Positions 13,192-27,026 of a stretch of 64,000 nt of DNA are shown piece after piece. Every line of letters begins with the position of its first letter. Within the stretch, counting starts at the first letter, position 1. The DNA is from Octopus vulgaris (lineage: Eukaryota). A program made the position numbers and the translations under genes. Where the stretch lies: contig OX597825.1 in NCBI GenBank assembly GCA_951406725.2, forward strand, positions 14,508,001 to 14,572,000, written 5' to 3'. Under the pieces are notes generated by a model. That model made no database searches. It was given only the letters and a program-made list of their open reading frames with translations, and had not been told where the DNA came from.

Positions 13192-13620
13192 CAGTAGTTT
13201 TATTTGTAACCCGTGCTTCACTGCATTGAATTTGATTTACGTAAGGTGTGTGCAGTTCCTAGTAGTGCTATTTGCTGTATGTTTATACATTCGTATATTC
13301 TTGTGTTTTGGTTATGTATATATCTGTATATCTTTTATCATACCTAATGCACCTATTATCACTGAGATTGTTTCACTTTTTAGGCTTCGTATTCAGGTTA
13401 TGACTCTTTCCAGATCTTCGTATTTTGAGATTTTCTCCTTTTATTTTAGAGACACATTGCCATCTGTTGGAATTAATAAGTCGATGAGAAGCTATTTTTC
13501 TTGACGATCTCTGAGAACTATATCTGGTTTATTAGCATTGATGTCTTTGTTTGTGTGTATAAGCATATTTAAGAGTATGATTGCTTTATCATTTTCTGAA
13601 ACCTTTTCTGGGATATGCCT
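13192..13620 (-). mobile_element. R4/Dong-like 3' relic, same 3' terminus as 5361-6458
   Basis: Minus: PEKVSENDKA, INANKPDIVLRD, KYEDLE, IIGALGMIK; ends ataaaactactg|aataac. Confidence 0.85.
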
Positions 13621-14899
13621 TTATGATATTCTACCGCTTCTAGTTATCTATGTTCTTCATCTAGAAGAGGATTTAAAATAGGCCATATATAAAGGGTATA
13701 TTATACTGTACTATTTAGCTTTTGAAATGTTCTAACTCAGGGGATATATGGAAAAGATGATTTCTTTTGTATTTTAGCTCATTTTTATTTAATTTTTAAA
13801 ACTTTTTTCTTCTTTTCAATATTTCTACTTCGTTTTCTACATTACAATTCTATATTATTTCATCGCTTTGCTGTTCTGAGCTGAACCTTAAGAGAGTAGA
13901 CCTGGTATTACTTTATTTTGGTGTCGATATAGTCTAGAAACATAGTTAAATATCGTGAAGACTCCAGTGCACATAACCGAAAACCATAGATTTTTACGCG
14001 ACAAAAATTCTAAGGCCCATACGTCATCAATCAACTCAGAAGATATAACAGCTAACTTGAAACTAACATATAAGGCTGGATCAACATTCTTGGGACACGT
14101 TGAACCTAAGCCACCTTGATGAGAGCAGAAATGGTGCTAAACAGTAACAGCTTGATTTATAAACCTGTAAATTAGGAACCATTGAATATAACAGAACAAG
14201 ATAGAAAATTCATAACTACCGTCGATCTTTTAATTATATATTTAATTTCGACGATCCCCTAATGTTCTTGCCCTCTGTTTTACTGATATAATTTACTGCT
14301 CCAATATTAGAAATCAATAATTTAATCATGCTTTCCTCTCGTTTTTTATAAATTCTATATTATGAGAAAACATTATGTATTTTATATACGTGATCTACTC
14401 GCAGGTTTCCAATTTTACATTTAATATAGAAAACTTGAAACTGCTTTTCATCTCGCCATAATGAATTTGTTTCGACCTTATACACAAAATGTAATACCAA
14501 GTCTCCTCCATTACCATTAGTATTAAAATTTAATTGATTTTGTATAAAGACTATACATTTATTTTTGCAATAAACCGATGTTGTTGTTAAAGTACATAGA
14601 TCTGACAACATGCCAGACGCATAAACCTGACAACCACACCAGCCAACAGAGAAGAGATTCTTGGTTCCTATCAGTTTCTCTGCATCCAAACATAATTACT
14701 TCCACAAATCATAAAACATAATACGCGCTACGTATTTCGTTCCAGTCCTTCCAACCAAAAAATATCTCAACCCACAGCTTTTCGGGACTTAGTTTATTTC
14801 ATTTGGAATTACGAATAATTCGATGGTACTAATTCGCTTAACATTTAGGTGTGAAAATGCTTATTTACCACAGAAATAATTAAAATCTAAAAAAATATA

Positions 14900-15007
14900 A
14901 ATGCCTATTGATCACAGAAATCCATGATATACTGATATATTAGCCAGAAAAATCCACGATGTACTGAGTGCATGACAGGTGAAACACGATATGGCAAGGG
15001 ATTACTG
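14900..15007. mobile_element. pogo/Tigger-like MITE, right end
   Basis: cgatatggcaagggattactg|TA matches the TIR at 43361-43382; left end not identified. Confidence 0.6.
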
Positions 15008-15015
15008 TATAACTA

Positions 15016-15238
15016 GGATGGCTCAGTGGTTAGAGCGTCAAGCTTCCGATCATGAGGTTGTGAGTTCGAATCCCGGACTGGGCTGCGTGTTGTGTTCTTG
15101 AGCAAGACACTTTCTTTCACGTTGCTCCAGTTCACTCAGCTGTAGAAATGAGTTGCGATATCAATGGTACCAAGCTGTCTCAGCCTTTGCCTTTCCTTTG
15201 GATAACACTGGTGGCGTGGAGAGGGGAGACTGATTATG
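15016..15238 (+). mobile_element. tRNA-derived SINE, family C (CORE-like central domain)
   Basis: A box tggctcagtggttag, B box gttcgaatcc, then ttgtgttcttgagcaagacactt; no tRNA 3' acceptor end. Confidence 0.85.
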
Positions 15239-15611
15239 CGGATGAGGCACGTCGAAAGTCGACCGAGAAATGTTGCTGTAATCGCTGGAACTCTGCTCTA
15301 CTCCAATCGAAATGAACCGTCACACAAAGTTATTCCAGAAATGAAAATTTCGTTTACATATAGGTCTGTACAACATCTACATTGTCTATTATCCTCCTTT
15401 CGTTAAATTCATACACAAGAAAGGGATACAGGGCGATATCATGAGTTAGGTTTAGGTGCATATTTCTAAACGTGCCTTTTATTGCCATATTACATACAGG
15501 CAAGAATGAGTAGAGAGAACAAGTATTAAAAAATGACTGCGACAGATGACTATCGATTGTGTATATACCTACATTCATACGTTCATATTCTTTTATTCTT
15601 TCACTTGCATC

Positions 15612-15740
15612 TCACAAAGCTTTGGTCGGCCCGATGGTATAGTAGAAAACAATTGCTGAAAGTGCCATGCAGCGGGATTGAACCCGGTATCATGTGGTTG
15701 GGAAGCAATCTTCCTTCCACGCAGCTGCGATGCACCTATG
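15612..15740 (-). mobile_element. SINE family A, head fragment
   Basis: ctcacaaagctttggtcggccc...gtgccatgcagcgggattgaacccgg. Confidence 0.75.
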
Positions 15741-15792
15741 AGGGCGATATAGATAGGAAGATAATAGACAAAGAGATAGAAATGCAGACAAA

Positions 15793-15955
<163 letters not shown>

Positions 15956-16979
15956 TGGACTGAACCCCAGTCACTCGTTTATAATAGAGTCAATAATATT
16001 GCAAACATTTTCTGTCCAAAATGATCCAGTATTGAATGAGACAGGAGACATGTATTTTTGCAAGTAGATGTTCTTGAACACATTAAGAAAGCCGCACGTA
16101 GGCAGTTGTATTAACGTTCACCACCATCACAAGCAAATAAGTATGTTAGAGCTTATCCACAATTTTATCTTCGTTTTTCTCCTCCTCAGCAATCCTAACA
16201 ATACTATCACGACCATCTTGTGCATTCATTTTTAATTATTTTTTTTACTAATGAAAAAATCCAATTACTTATTCAAGACTTCTCATAATTCTTCCAACAA
16301 GTAATAACATCACTCCTGTCTCTACTATCAACGTCACCAACATTAGCAACAACACCATCGCCACAACAACAAATGCGACAGCCTCATTATCATCATCTTC
16401 ATCATCGTCGGCATTATCCTCAAAATATCTTGAATACAATCATGCGTATCATAGCCACCATTGTCAAAACAACGAGTGCTTGTAACACAACCACCAACAC
16501 CACCAGCACCTTCGCTGTTGTCACAATCATTATCAGCATCATCGTCATAGTCATTCAATCCCTTCTACTCATCTGCGTGCTCCTCCTCCTCCTCCTTTAT
16601 AAGCTTTGCAAAAGCATTAGAACCGTTAGTCAAAGAGAAAGCAAGTATAAGTATTTTCATTAATAATTTAAAAGCGTATATGCCTTGCAGATATTTAACC
16701 GGACACATATACGAACACAACTAACTGCTGTCTTAATACCACCTCAGTTTCTCTGTTCGTGATTATCATACATGCGTCGACACATAGATCTAATAGCACA
16801 CTACGAAATACACATGTGTGGAAGTGTGTGAGTGAAAGAGAGAATGAGAGAGTAGGAGGGAGGGAGAAGGAGGGAGAAGGAAGAGAGACTAAGAGTGTAT
16901 ACGTTTCGTTATATCCCTACATTTATAGTACCAAGTTTATACATATACACATAATCCGTACATAGGCACACGCATCTAT

Positions 16980-17026
16980 GCATATATACATACATACGTA
17001 CATACATACATACATACACACACACA

Positions 17027-17078
<52 letters not shown>

Positions 17079-17131
17079 CGCATATATAGAATCTATCAAT
17101 ACATATATAAGCGACAAGTAGATTTGTAAAA

Positions 17132-17198
<67 letters not shown>

Positions 17199-17230
17199 GA
17201 TAGATAGATAGATAGATAGTATAGATAAAT

Positions 17231-17262
<32 letters not shown>

Positions 17263-17490
17263 ATATATAAATATATATATATAGGTAGATAGATAGATAG
17301 ATGAATATATATTTAGATAGATAGATAAATATATAAATATATATATATAGGTAGATAGATAGATAGATGAATATATATTTAGATAGATAGATAAATATAG
17401 ATAGATAGATAGATAAATATATATATATAGATAAATATATATAGAAAGATATAGAGAGATAGATAGATAGATAGATAGATAGACAGATAG
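16980..17490. repeat. Compound (CA)n/(TA)n/(GATA)n field with higher-order duplications
   Basis: Direct reading; block aaatatataaatatatatatataggtagatagatagatagatgaatatatattt occurs twice. Confidence 0.9.
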
Positions 17491-17679
17491 AAGCACTGAT
17501 ACAAGTACTCATGCTTATGTGTATGTATTTGACAATTGTTCCATGTAGTACATTAGATGCTAACATTGCATGTAGCATTAAAAATACATAAATCTCGCCA
17601 TCTTTACAAATACTTTAATTATATTTACGGCCTAGTTTTATGTTAATTTCATTTCTACATCTGCACAAATATATAAATA

Positions 17680-18329
<650 letters not shown>

Positions 18330-18674
18330 CTAGTAGTACGCCCGGCGTTGCTCGGGTTTGTAAGGAAATAACTATAAAGCATTTTTAGAGAGTTATAGCC
18401 AAAAAATAGCCAAAAAATGGGGTAAATTTTTTTGAGAGTTAAAAAGGTCGAGTCGCGTCCCCTAGACCATCTGTGGTTTGTGTTTCTGATTGTCGACCCC
18501 ATGTCGAATTTATCGATCTTTTTCAGAACTGGGGAACTTTTCAAAATGTTCGCTGCATTAGTTTTGAATTATGACATATGTGTGTGTCAAGTTTCATCAG
18601 AATCGGTTGAAAGCCGTGGTCAGGGTGAAGGTACAAGCAAACAGACACACAGAAACACGCACAGACAAACTGCC

Positions 18675-18680
<6 letters not shown>
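18330..18680 (-). mobile_element. Non-autonomous Helitron
   Basis: Minus 3' end: hairpin cccg-agcaacgc-cggg then ...actactag|T; 5' end merges into (TA)n; termini resemble 34350-34742. Confidence 0.8.
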
Positions 18681-18763
<83 letters not shown>

Positions 18764-19300
18764 TATGTGTGCGTGAGTACATACATATGTGTGTTTATGT
18801 ATGTATTTATTATAGCCCTTCTAATTGTATATTTGTTTTCTTCATGAAGATAAATTTATATTTGTTGCTGTTCTGCTCGGCTTTATACAATAACAAAACT
18901 TATGTCTATTTAAAACATAAATAGGGATCTTGTTATTATTTTGATTATTTCTCTTTCCTGCAACGTTTGCAGCTCCACATAGTGTTCATCTTAACATGAT
19001 ATGTCATTTCTGACATTTGTTTTCCAGCATTTTCTATAATAATGTAATTGCACATGCATTTTCTTGCTACATTCACAATAATTCTGCATCTATCCATCTG
19101 TTTCTTTCTTTTTGTTTGAGTTCCATTTTGTACTTTGGACAATCTCTCCTTTTATGAATTGTTTTTTTTTCATGTATCTTTTATGTGTGTCTTTCTTTCG
19201 TAGACATTTTATAATCCTTGCTACTCTCTCTATTACTATGCCACCCTTTATCTTTTTATACATCTACCCATCCATTTATCCATCCAACCATACATACATA

Positions 19301-19341
<41 letters not shown>

Positions 19342-19554
19342 TCATATATATATATACTTTCATATATATATATACATATATATGCATATATAGACCTATA
19401 TATACATATATAGACCTATATATGTATATATACATATAGATATGTATATATATATACATACATATATATGTATATACATATACACACATATATACATATA
19501 TATACACATATATGTGTTTATATATATAAATGTATATACGTATATATATATACA

Positions 19555-19585
<31 letters not shown>

Positions 19586-19596
19586 TTACATATATG

Positions 19597-19631
<35 letters not shown>

Positions 19632-20711
19632 ATATATATATACATATATGTGTGTATATATATTGTGTATCATTCCTTGTTACACAGTCGTTCTTTATAA
19701 CTTCTTCCCAAATTACTCGCGTCTTCTCTATATCTTACTCATTTTCTCTTTCCTTCTTACGCACCCTCTATCACCCTCTCTTTCTCTCTCTCTCTCTCTT
19801 GTTCTCTCTCCCTCTCTTTCTCTCACTGTCTCATTTTCCCTATGTATGTATGTAATAAAAGAAGTATTAAAAAATGTAGGCAATATTCGATTGGATTAAT
19901 TTTTCGCTAGTTTCTGGAATAGAGACAAGAATTTTGAAATGAAGCGATTCAATCAGGAAGCTATTACGTATTAATGAGTACCAGCAAATTATATGTATAT
20001 GTGCGCGTGCTAACACACACACACAAATACGCGTACATACATGCATTTTTGTGTGTAATGTATTTAGATGCGTGCGCGTGTGCGCGTGTTTTGTAATTCG
20101 ATAATTTACAAGCAAATGTAAATGGAAAATGGAAATAACGTTTAACAAATTTGATTTCAATTTTTAATCATAAGCAACATGTATTGATCTTGAACTATTT
20201 TTCTATTATTTGAATTTAATAGAAAAATTAATAAATCAGATTACTATTTGATATTTTAGGTGATAGAAAATTACTAAACGGTGTTGAGCAGTCGACGAAG
20301 ACTACAATAATGTTTTATAATTTATGATCATATACGAATATATATACATATATATATATACATATATAATATATATATATATATATGTCTATATATATAT
20401 ATATAGATTTATATGTGTATACACATGTATATATATACAGATATATTTATATCTATATACATATATGTATATATACATGTATATATACATATATATATTG
20501 ATTGATTGCGTGAAAATCTATGTTCGGAAGAAATCAAAATGGCTACCTTTATCGTGTTATCGTCTGCAAATGTTCTGTAAGATGACTTCCATAATATTTG
20601 TTGTAACACTTTTTACCGTGCCAATTTTTTCTGATTAAAGATTTAGGATTTCAGTTGGCGTGAGCATATATAGAGACATTAGATTATCGATTGTAAATCC
20701 TACTAGAATTT

Positions 20712-21279
20712 TGTTACAAACCTTTTTAAGTTTTGACTTCAGGCAATCTTTCGCGATTTTGTGAATTAAGGAACCAGTCAAATACTCATTACATATACAT
20801 GTTTATTCCTTTTTCAAATACATGAATTTATATCTATATTAGAAAGCAAACATAACGGATTTACCAAAGTTAGATTTTCAAATTCATTGAATCACCAAGC
20901 CAATGCCATTCGTCATATATTTATGAGGTGGTATTTTCTATAGTTACAATGTGTGCCCACTGGTATGACTGTAGCTATTGTACCGACACTAGTAGCCACG
21001 ATATTCTCTTGGTATCAGATGCAGTGTTTCTCTTCTATACCGGAATGGTAATACATCGCTTCGTCTATCGTGCTATCTCTGACAGCTTTGCTGAATTTAA
21101 ACCGTCTACCTTCACTGAGATTCGAACTCGACTGGCATTTAGTTGTAGCTGAGAACTCGCACAACGACTCTACAACGACTGACACACTACTCCCCGTAAT
21201 GGTTGATCGCGTCTCACTTTATAGTAGTAGGTCATACCACTTGTCCCGTGGGGGGTGTTTTACCATTTCCACTACAACA
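20712..21279 (-). mobile_element. Candidate solo LTR
   Basis: Minus reads TGTTGTA...TATAAAA...AATAAA...TGTAACA; higher complexity than flanks; no TSD seen. Confidence 0.35.
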
Positions 21280-22199
21280 CATATATCTACATATGATCTG
21301 AAATAAAAAATGGCTGAATCAAATTTGTTTTCTAAAAATCGATTAAGTTGAGCATCAGACAAATATTTAAATCTAAGATATAATATCCTCCATCCCCCTT
21401 CTCTCTCTTTCTATATATCTATTTATATATTTAAGATAGAGAAACGGCATTAGTAGGCCGTAAAATGTAGAGTAATCGCCCCTTCCATATGTAGAGTGGG
21501 ATGGTACCTTGAGTAATTATTAGAAATCTGTTAGCCTTCCATGCCAAGGATAGGGTGAAGGCGTTGATAGCAGGACTTTGGATAACCGACAAGGCACAGA
21601 GATCATAGACCAAATGCATAAAGGTTATTGCGGCCGAGCAGATGATGTGTACTATCAAACAAGGGTTGAGTGTTAAGAAGCAAGTTAACTGCTACTGTAG
21701 AGTAGCCTCATCGTTACCTATACTCATTGTACTGTTGGCCACCACTTCATACCTGACGTGGGGCCCAGAGAGGCAATCTGCTCGGGAAGGTGTTTCGATG
21801 CCATATGCCTTACTGCCGAAGGCGTTTTGCGCTTAAGAGAATAGTCAATGTCTACCTGTGACGAATAGCCGACAACAATGATATTCATCTTATGTAAGAA
21901 CACTAAGGTACAGACACAAAATGAAGTCTACGAAACATTAAACGAAATAACAAAGGTATGATCAGTGGAAAGAAATACAATTATGTGATTTCTGTTCAAT
22001 CCATATCGGCGTTCAATTTGTTTAAAATTCAGCTCAGCTACAATTTTGAGGATTAGTATTAATAGTGTTGCTGGCTGTGGTGTTCCTTACATTTGTAATT
22101 CAAATATACCCAGTTCTTTAACTTTAATCCTTCAAGAATTAATAAATAAAAATATCACTGAAATATTGCTTTGTTAGAGTTATCTATCCAGATATTCTA

Positions 22200-22505
22200 T
22201 AGAATTTAGAATTAGAACCAGCACTACTATTTGTTACGTCGTTTCGTATCCAAGACCTCAGGAGTAAAAAAGTAATGAGATCGAAGATGTAAAAAAGGGT
22301 ATACCCCACTGATGAGATCGAATGTTAAAAAAGTGTATACACCACTGATGAAAGGAGAAAAACTCTCGAAATATGGAATATGTACCTAATAGCCATTTTT
22401 CACATTCGATCTCATTGTTTGTTTCCATCTGACATCACGGATACGAAACGTCGAAGCAAAAATCAGTGCTGGCTATAATTGTTATAGTATATCCGTAGAT
22501 ATTAC
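22200..22505. mobile_element. Fold-back copy of a hammerhead-bearing element (family shared with 59629-60237)
   Basis: Arms ccagcact...gtttcgtatcc...aatgagatcgaa and ttcgatctcatt...ggatacgaaac...agtgctgg; hammerhead in the centre. Confidence 0.8.
22342..22376 (+). ncRNA. Minimal type I hammerhead motif
   Basis: cca-CTGATGA-aa-ggag aaaaa ctct-c-GAAA-TA-tgg; core intact; stem III reduced to one A-U pair. Confidence 0.65.
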
Positions 22506-22977
22506 CTTAACAAGTGATGTAAAGCTCACTACTAATACGGTAGAACACGGTACCGACTTATAAAAGCGTTTAGTATATTTTGTATTATATTATGGTTGCA
22601 TAACGAAATACCGCGTCCCTACAAGTCATTAATATTCAGATATTGAAATTCCGACACAATCAACCTCCATCTCGTTTCAACTATGCGGCTTGACAAGAAT
22701 GCAAAAAAAAAGTGAATACCTCAAGTAAAAGTAAGAGATTCGTTTCAAGATAGAACGTTAGGAATCATTAAATATTCGACGTACCGACATTTCATTGATA
22801 TAAGAGAAAGAACCCTATACTTTAAATCTACTAAATGTATATCTGATAACACATATTTCAACATGAAATCATGCGTTTTATCGAGTTCATTTTGTATACT
22901 TCTCTCTATCTCTGTCTCTTTCTCCCTCCCTTTCTGTCTCTTTCTCTGTATATATACATACATATACATAGATATAC

Positions 22978-23008
<31 letters not shown>

Positions 23009-23052
23009 GGGAGAGAGAGAGAGATACATAGACAGATATAGATATACGTATG

Positions 23053-23105
<53 letters not shown>

Positions 23106-23194
23106 GGAGTTAAATTCAGGTGTTATTCAAATTCTTTTACTTCCGACACATGTTTTGAAGATATCACTGGTATTATTCCAAAGAAATAAAATGG

Positions 23195-23548
23195 CGCCCA
23201 TGCTGGAGTAACGCATTTAGTCGAACAAATTGACCCCCGAACTTATTCGTTATAAGCCTAGTACTTATTATATCGGTCTCTTTTGCCGAACTGTTCAAGC
23301 GATGGTGGGAGGACAAACACAGGTATACAAACACACACACACACACGCACACACACATACATATATACAACGGAATTCTTCCAGTTTCCGTCTGTCAAAT
23401 TCACTCAGAAGGCTTTGGTCGCCTCGAGGCTATAGTAAAAGGCAATTGCCCAAGCTATAATAGAAGACACTAGCCACGCAATGGGACTGAACCCGGAACA
23501 ATGTGATTGTTAAGGAAGCTACTTACCACACAGCCACTCTTACGCCTA
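23195..23548 (-). mobile_element. SINE family A
   Basis: Reverse complement of the 47977-48370 consensus. Confidence 0.88.
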
Positions 23549-24158
23549 TGTATATATTTGTGTCACCGTTTAAAATAGTACAGCATTAGCGTGCGTTCAC
23601 AGACGCGTACATAAACACACACACACATACACACACACACACACAAACTAATATGAACGTTTACAAATGGAATTGCATATCAGATATGGTTACATTAATC
23701 AAACATCGTTTTTGTGTGATTGACGCCACATTAATTCAATTAAGTCAGCTCAGTGACTCGATTAAACTTAGTTGTTTCTACGTCACACTCACTATTTTAA
23801 ACGTTTGTTTACAGATGTTCTAAATGCAGGCTGTCATATTTTTCTGTGTGAACAGGTCACTGCGTCCACGTACTCCATATTACCGTTAATAATATTCGAA
23901 TTTGTGAATATCATCAGCGTTGATATATATTGAAACAATTCGTGAAGTTGCACTAGTTTCCACCAAGCACAGTTTTATTATTTCTTTTTCTTTCTCTTCA
24001 TGTCGTAGTTTTCTTTCGTTTCGTTATTATAATTCAGCTTCACAGATAGTTAGAAAGATAGAGACTTTGCAAGAGAGAAAGGGAGGGGGAGATAGAACGA
24101 GAGAGAGAGAGAGAGAGAGCGAATATCAGACAGACTGACAGACAAACACACATACACG

Positions 24159-24193
<35 letters not shown>

Positions 24194-24253
24194 CGTTTTT
24201 GGATTTGGTTTGCAAGATTCTTTATGTGAGTTCGTGTGTTGAAGCATATTCTG

Positions 24254-24401
24254 TTGTGCCTGGGGAGAGTCATTTTCTTTTTGTGCCTTATAATGTAACA
24301 CACTCACCGGTAAAATTTACACTTAGGAAAATAAAAATAAGAAATAAGTGGAAATTTTACCGGTGATAAGACACAAAACGAAAATGCTCTCCCAGACACA
24401 A
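24254..24401. repeat. Imperfect fold-back between (TA)n tracts
   Basis: tcaccggtaaaatttacactta / taagtggaaattttaccggtga and ttgtgcctggggagagtcattttc / gaaaatgctctcccagacacaa. Confidence 0.85.
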
Positions 24402-24404
24402 GAG

Positions 24405-24453
<49 letters not shown>

Positions 24454-24565
24454 TATATAGAAAATCGCCCAAAAAACAGACAGCAAACACAAAAAAAAAA
24501 CCAACAATGCGAGGACATGGTACATGTAAAGCATTAGTAGACGCTCAGGGAAGGAAAGAAATATA

Positions 24566-24600
24566 GTTTTACGTTTAGAGCAAAGTTCTTCGTCAGAAAC
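24566..24600 (-). ncRNA. Decayed minimal hammerhead motif, related to 9492-9527
   Basis: Minus: gttt-CTGACGA-a-gaac ttt gctc-TAAAC-GTA-aaac (G12>U); downstream ttcc..gagcgt..actaa shared with the 9492 element. Confidence 0.6.
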
Positions 24601-25294
24601 AGGAGACAGCGGAAAGTCCAATAGAAAAGGAAGACGGAGAAAAAAAAATTGTACTATACAAAACAATAAATTGTACTCTAAAAAAGAACAGGTGTTTGCA
24701 AGTCACTTACACCTGCTGTATTTTCCCCACTTGTATACCTACTGTTTTGTAAAACACCACAGTCTTTCTGGTCAATGTATGGCCGGCTGGTATGTGATAT
24801 ATTTAAAGCAATGATTTGCGAACGCATTGTCAGGATATTTCTAGTCTTCAAAAACTTATGTGGCGAATTCTCTACTTAGCGCACAACAACAGCCCGCGTC
24901 ATCGGCCAACCTGCCAACGCTTGTAAAGCAAATCGTGGCCTTTTTATTTTCTATTCTGTTAGCGTTAATGGTTGCAGCACAGTTGGATATGCCTCAAAAT
25001 GTTAATTCATTTTTGACTCTTCGATCTAATTCTGCTTGTTGTTCTTTTAATCGAGAGTAGCGCTTTCTTTTGAAATGGATAACGCAGCTTAGTGAAAAAT
25101 TCGACGCCACATTTTCACAGAATATTTCAAGAAATGAGTAAATTATACAAACTGAACCATAAATCCTGTCACGAAGTGCGAAAATACAGCGTAGCTAAAC
25201 AGCTCCTCAGAAACTTTGGGAATTTATGTAACACGCCTCGCAAAAATTTTGACTATAAATCTGACTCGAAGTGACGTGTTCCTGTTATTCTACA

Positions 25295-25338
<44 letters not shown>

Positions 25339-25599
25339 CACATACACACACGCTTACACTTACATAAATGCATAAATACATTCAATGATTGAACATCCTT
25401 CTAATACAGTAACACCTTTTAAAATTTATTTTACTGTGTTATCTATTATCATTAGTTATGGTTGCTTTACTGTTGGAAGCCATGTAGCAAAACATATCCA
25501 GGTGATTGTCATCAACATAAAACAAAAATAGAAATTCCACTACCAGCGACACCTACTCCAAAATAATCAAACCTTATCGTAATAACTTTTAACGATCCT

Positions 25600-26068
25600 G
25601 CATCATCATCATCAGCAGCAGCAGCAGCGGCAGCAGCAAAAGCCATCGTCATCCTCACCCTTATTATCATCATCATTTGCCATCATCATCATCATGAGCA
25701 TCATCATCATCATGAGCATCATCATCATCATTTGTTATCAGAATCATCATCATCATCGTTACCATCATCATCCTCACCTTCATCATTTGATATCATTATC
25801 ACCATGACCATGATCATCATCCTCATCACTTTTCATCCTCCTCCTCCTCTGAACATCATCATCATCTTCGTTCATTTTTCATTATCGCTATCATCATCTA
25901 CATGGTCTCGTCGTCGTCGTCGTCGTCATCATTCTTATTATAATTCTCATCATCATCATCATCATCTAAATTATCACAACCATCATTATATTTTGTAAGT
26001 ATTGCATTAGTACTATTAATAGTATGATTATAACTAGTATTAGTGGTAGTAGTAGTAGCAGCAGTAGC

Positions 26069-26117
<49 letters not shown>

Positions 26118-26208
26118 ATAGTAGCAGCAATAGTAGTAATTGTAATAGCAGCAGTGGTAGTAGTAGTAGTAGTTGTAGTAGCAATAGTAGTAATAGTAGC
26201 AACAGGAG

Positions 26209-26241
<33 letters not shown>

Positions 26242-26326
26242 ATAGTAGTAGTAGTAGTAGTGGAGCAGCAGCAGGAGCTGCAGTGGTATTCGTAGCAGCA
26301 GCAGTATTATTATTATTATTATTATT
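25600..26326. repeat. (CAT)n, (TAG)n and (TAT)n trinucleotide field
   Basis: Direct reading. Confidence 0.92.
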
Positions 26327-26878
26327 GAGTGAGAGAGCAGTTCATGCCATCAAAGTGACACTGGGGTAAAATATACGAAGCCCAATATACCCATCATGAC
26401 TACCCGTCTGATAAAGGTACACCAGGCACATGCATCACAACCATATGTGCGCGACATGGTGATCTCATATCAAGATAAACAGCACATGACCTTGCAGGTG
26501 GGGCCCAGTTAGAATTTTCTTCAGGTTGAGTAGCCCATCCCGCTCAAACGGTCCCTGAATAAGGGTTGTTTAAGGATGTTGAAAGAACCACCCATGTTTC
26601 CAGAGGTGAACTATTCAAACCCCAAAGAATCCCTCTCAACACATGGCTATGATGCTCCCCCACTACTTCTGCTCGTGATCAGAGATGCACATATCATCAG
26701 CCACTAAGGGACATGCTCAACTGGTTAAGGTCAAACAACAGACAAGCAAATCTGTGGTATTGAGCAGAATATTTGCTGTAGCCCATCTTTTATACCAAGA
26801 CAAAACAATGTACATGATAACACTTCCAATCAGTTAAGATCAGAAGCCATGAGAGCCACTGACTTACTGCATCAGGGC
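26327..26878 (-). mobile_element. 552-bp non-coding interspersed element inserted in (AAT)n
   Basis: Sharp junctions with TAT repeats on both sides; older copy at 27862-28330; 3' stub at 58086-58098; strand inferred. Confidence 0.8.
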
Positions 26879-26879
26879 A

Positions 26880-26916
<37 letters not shown>

Positions 26917-26938
26917 TATTATTATTATTATCATTATT

Positions 26939-27026
<88 letters not shown>

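Noticed and set aside
15016-15090. tRNA gene
   Set aside because: A/B boxes are present, but the acceptor stem is not closed and the sequence continues into a SINE body
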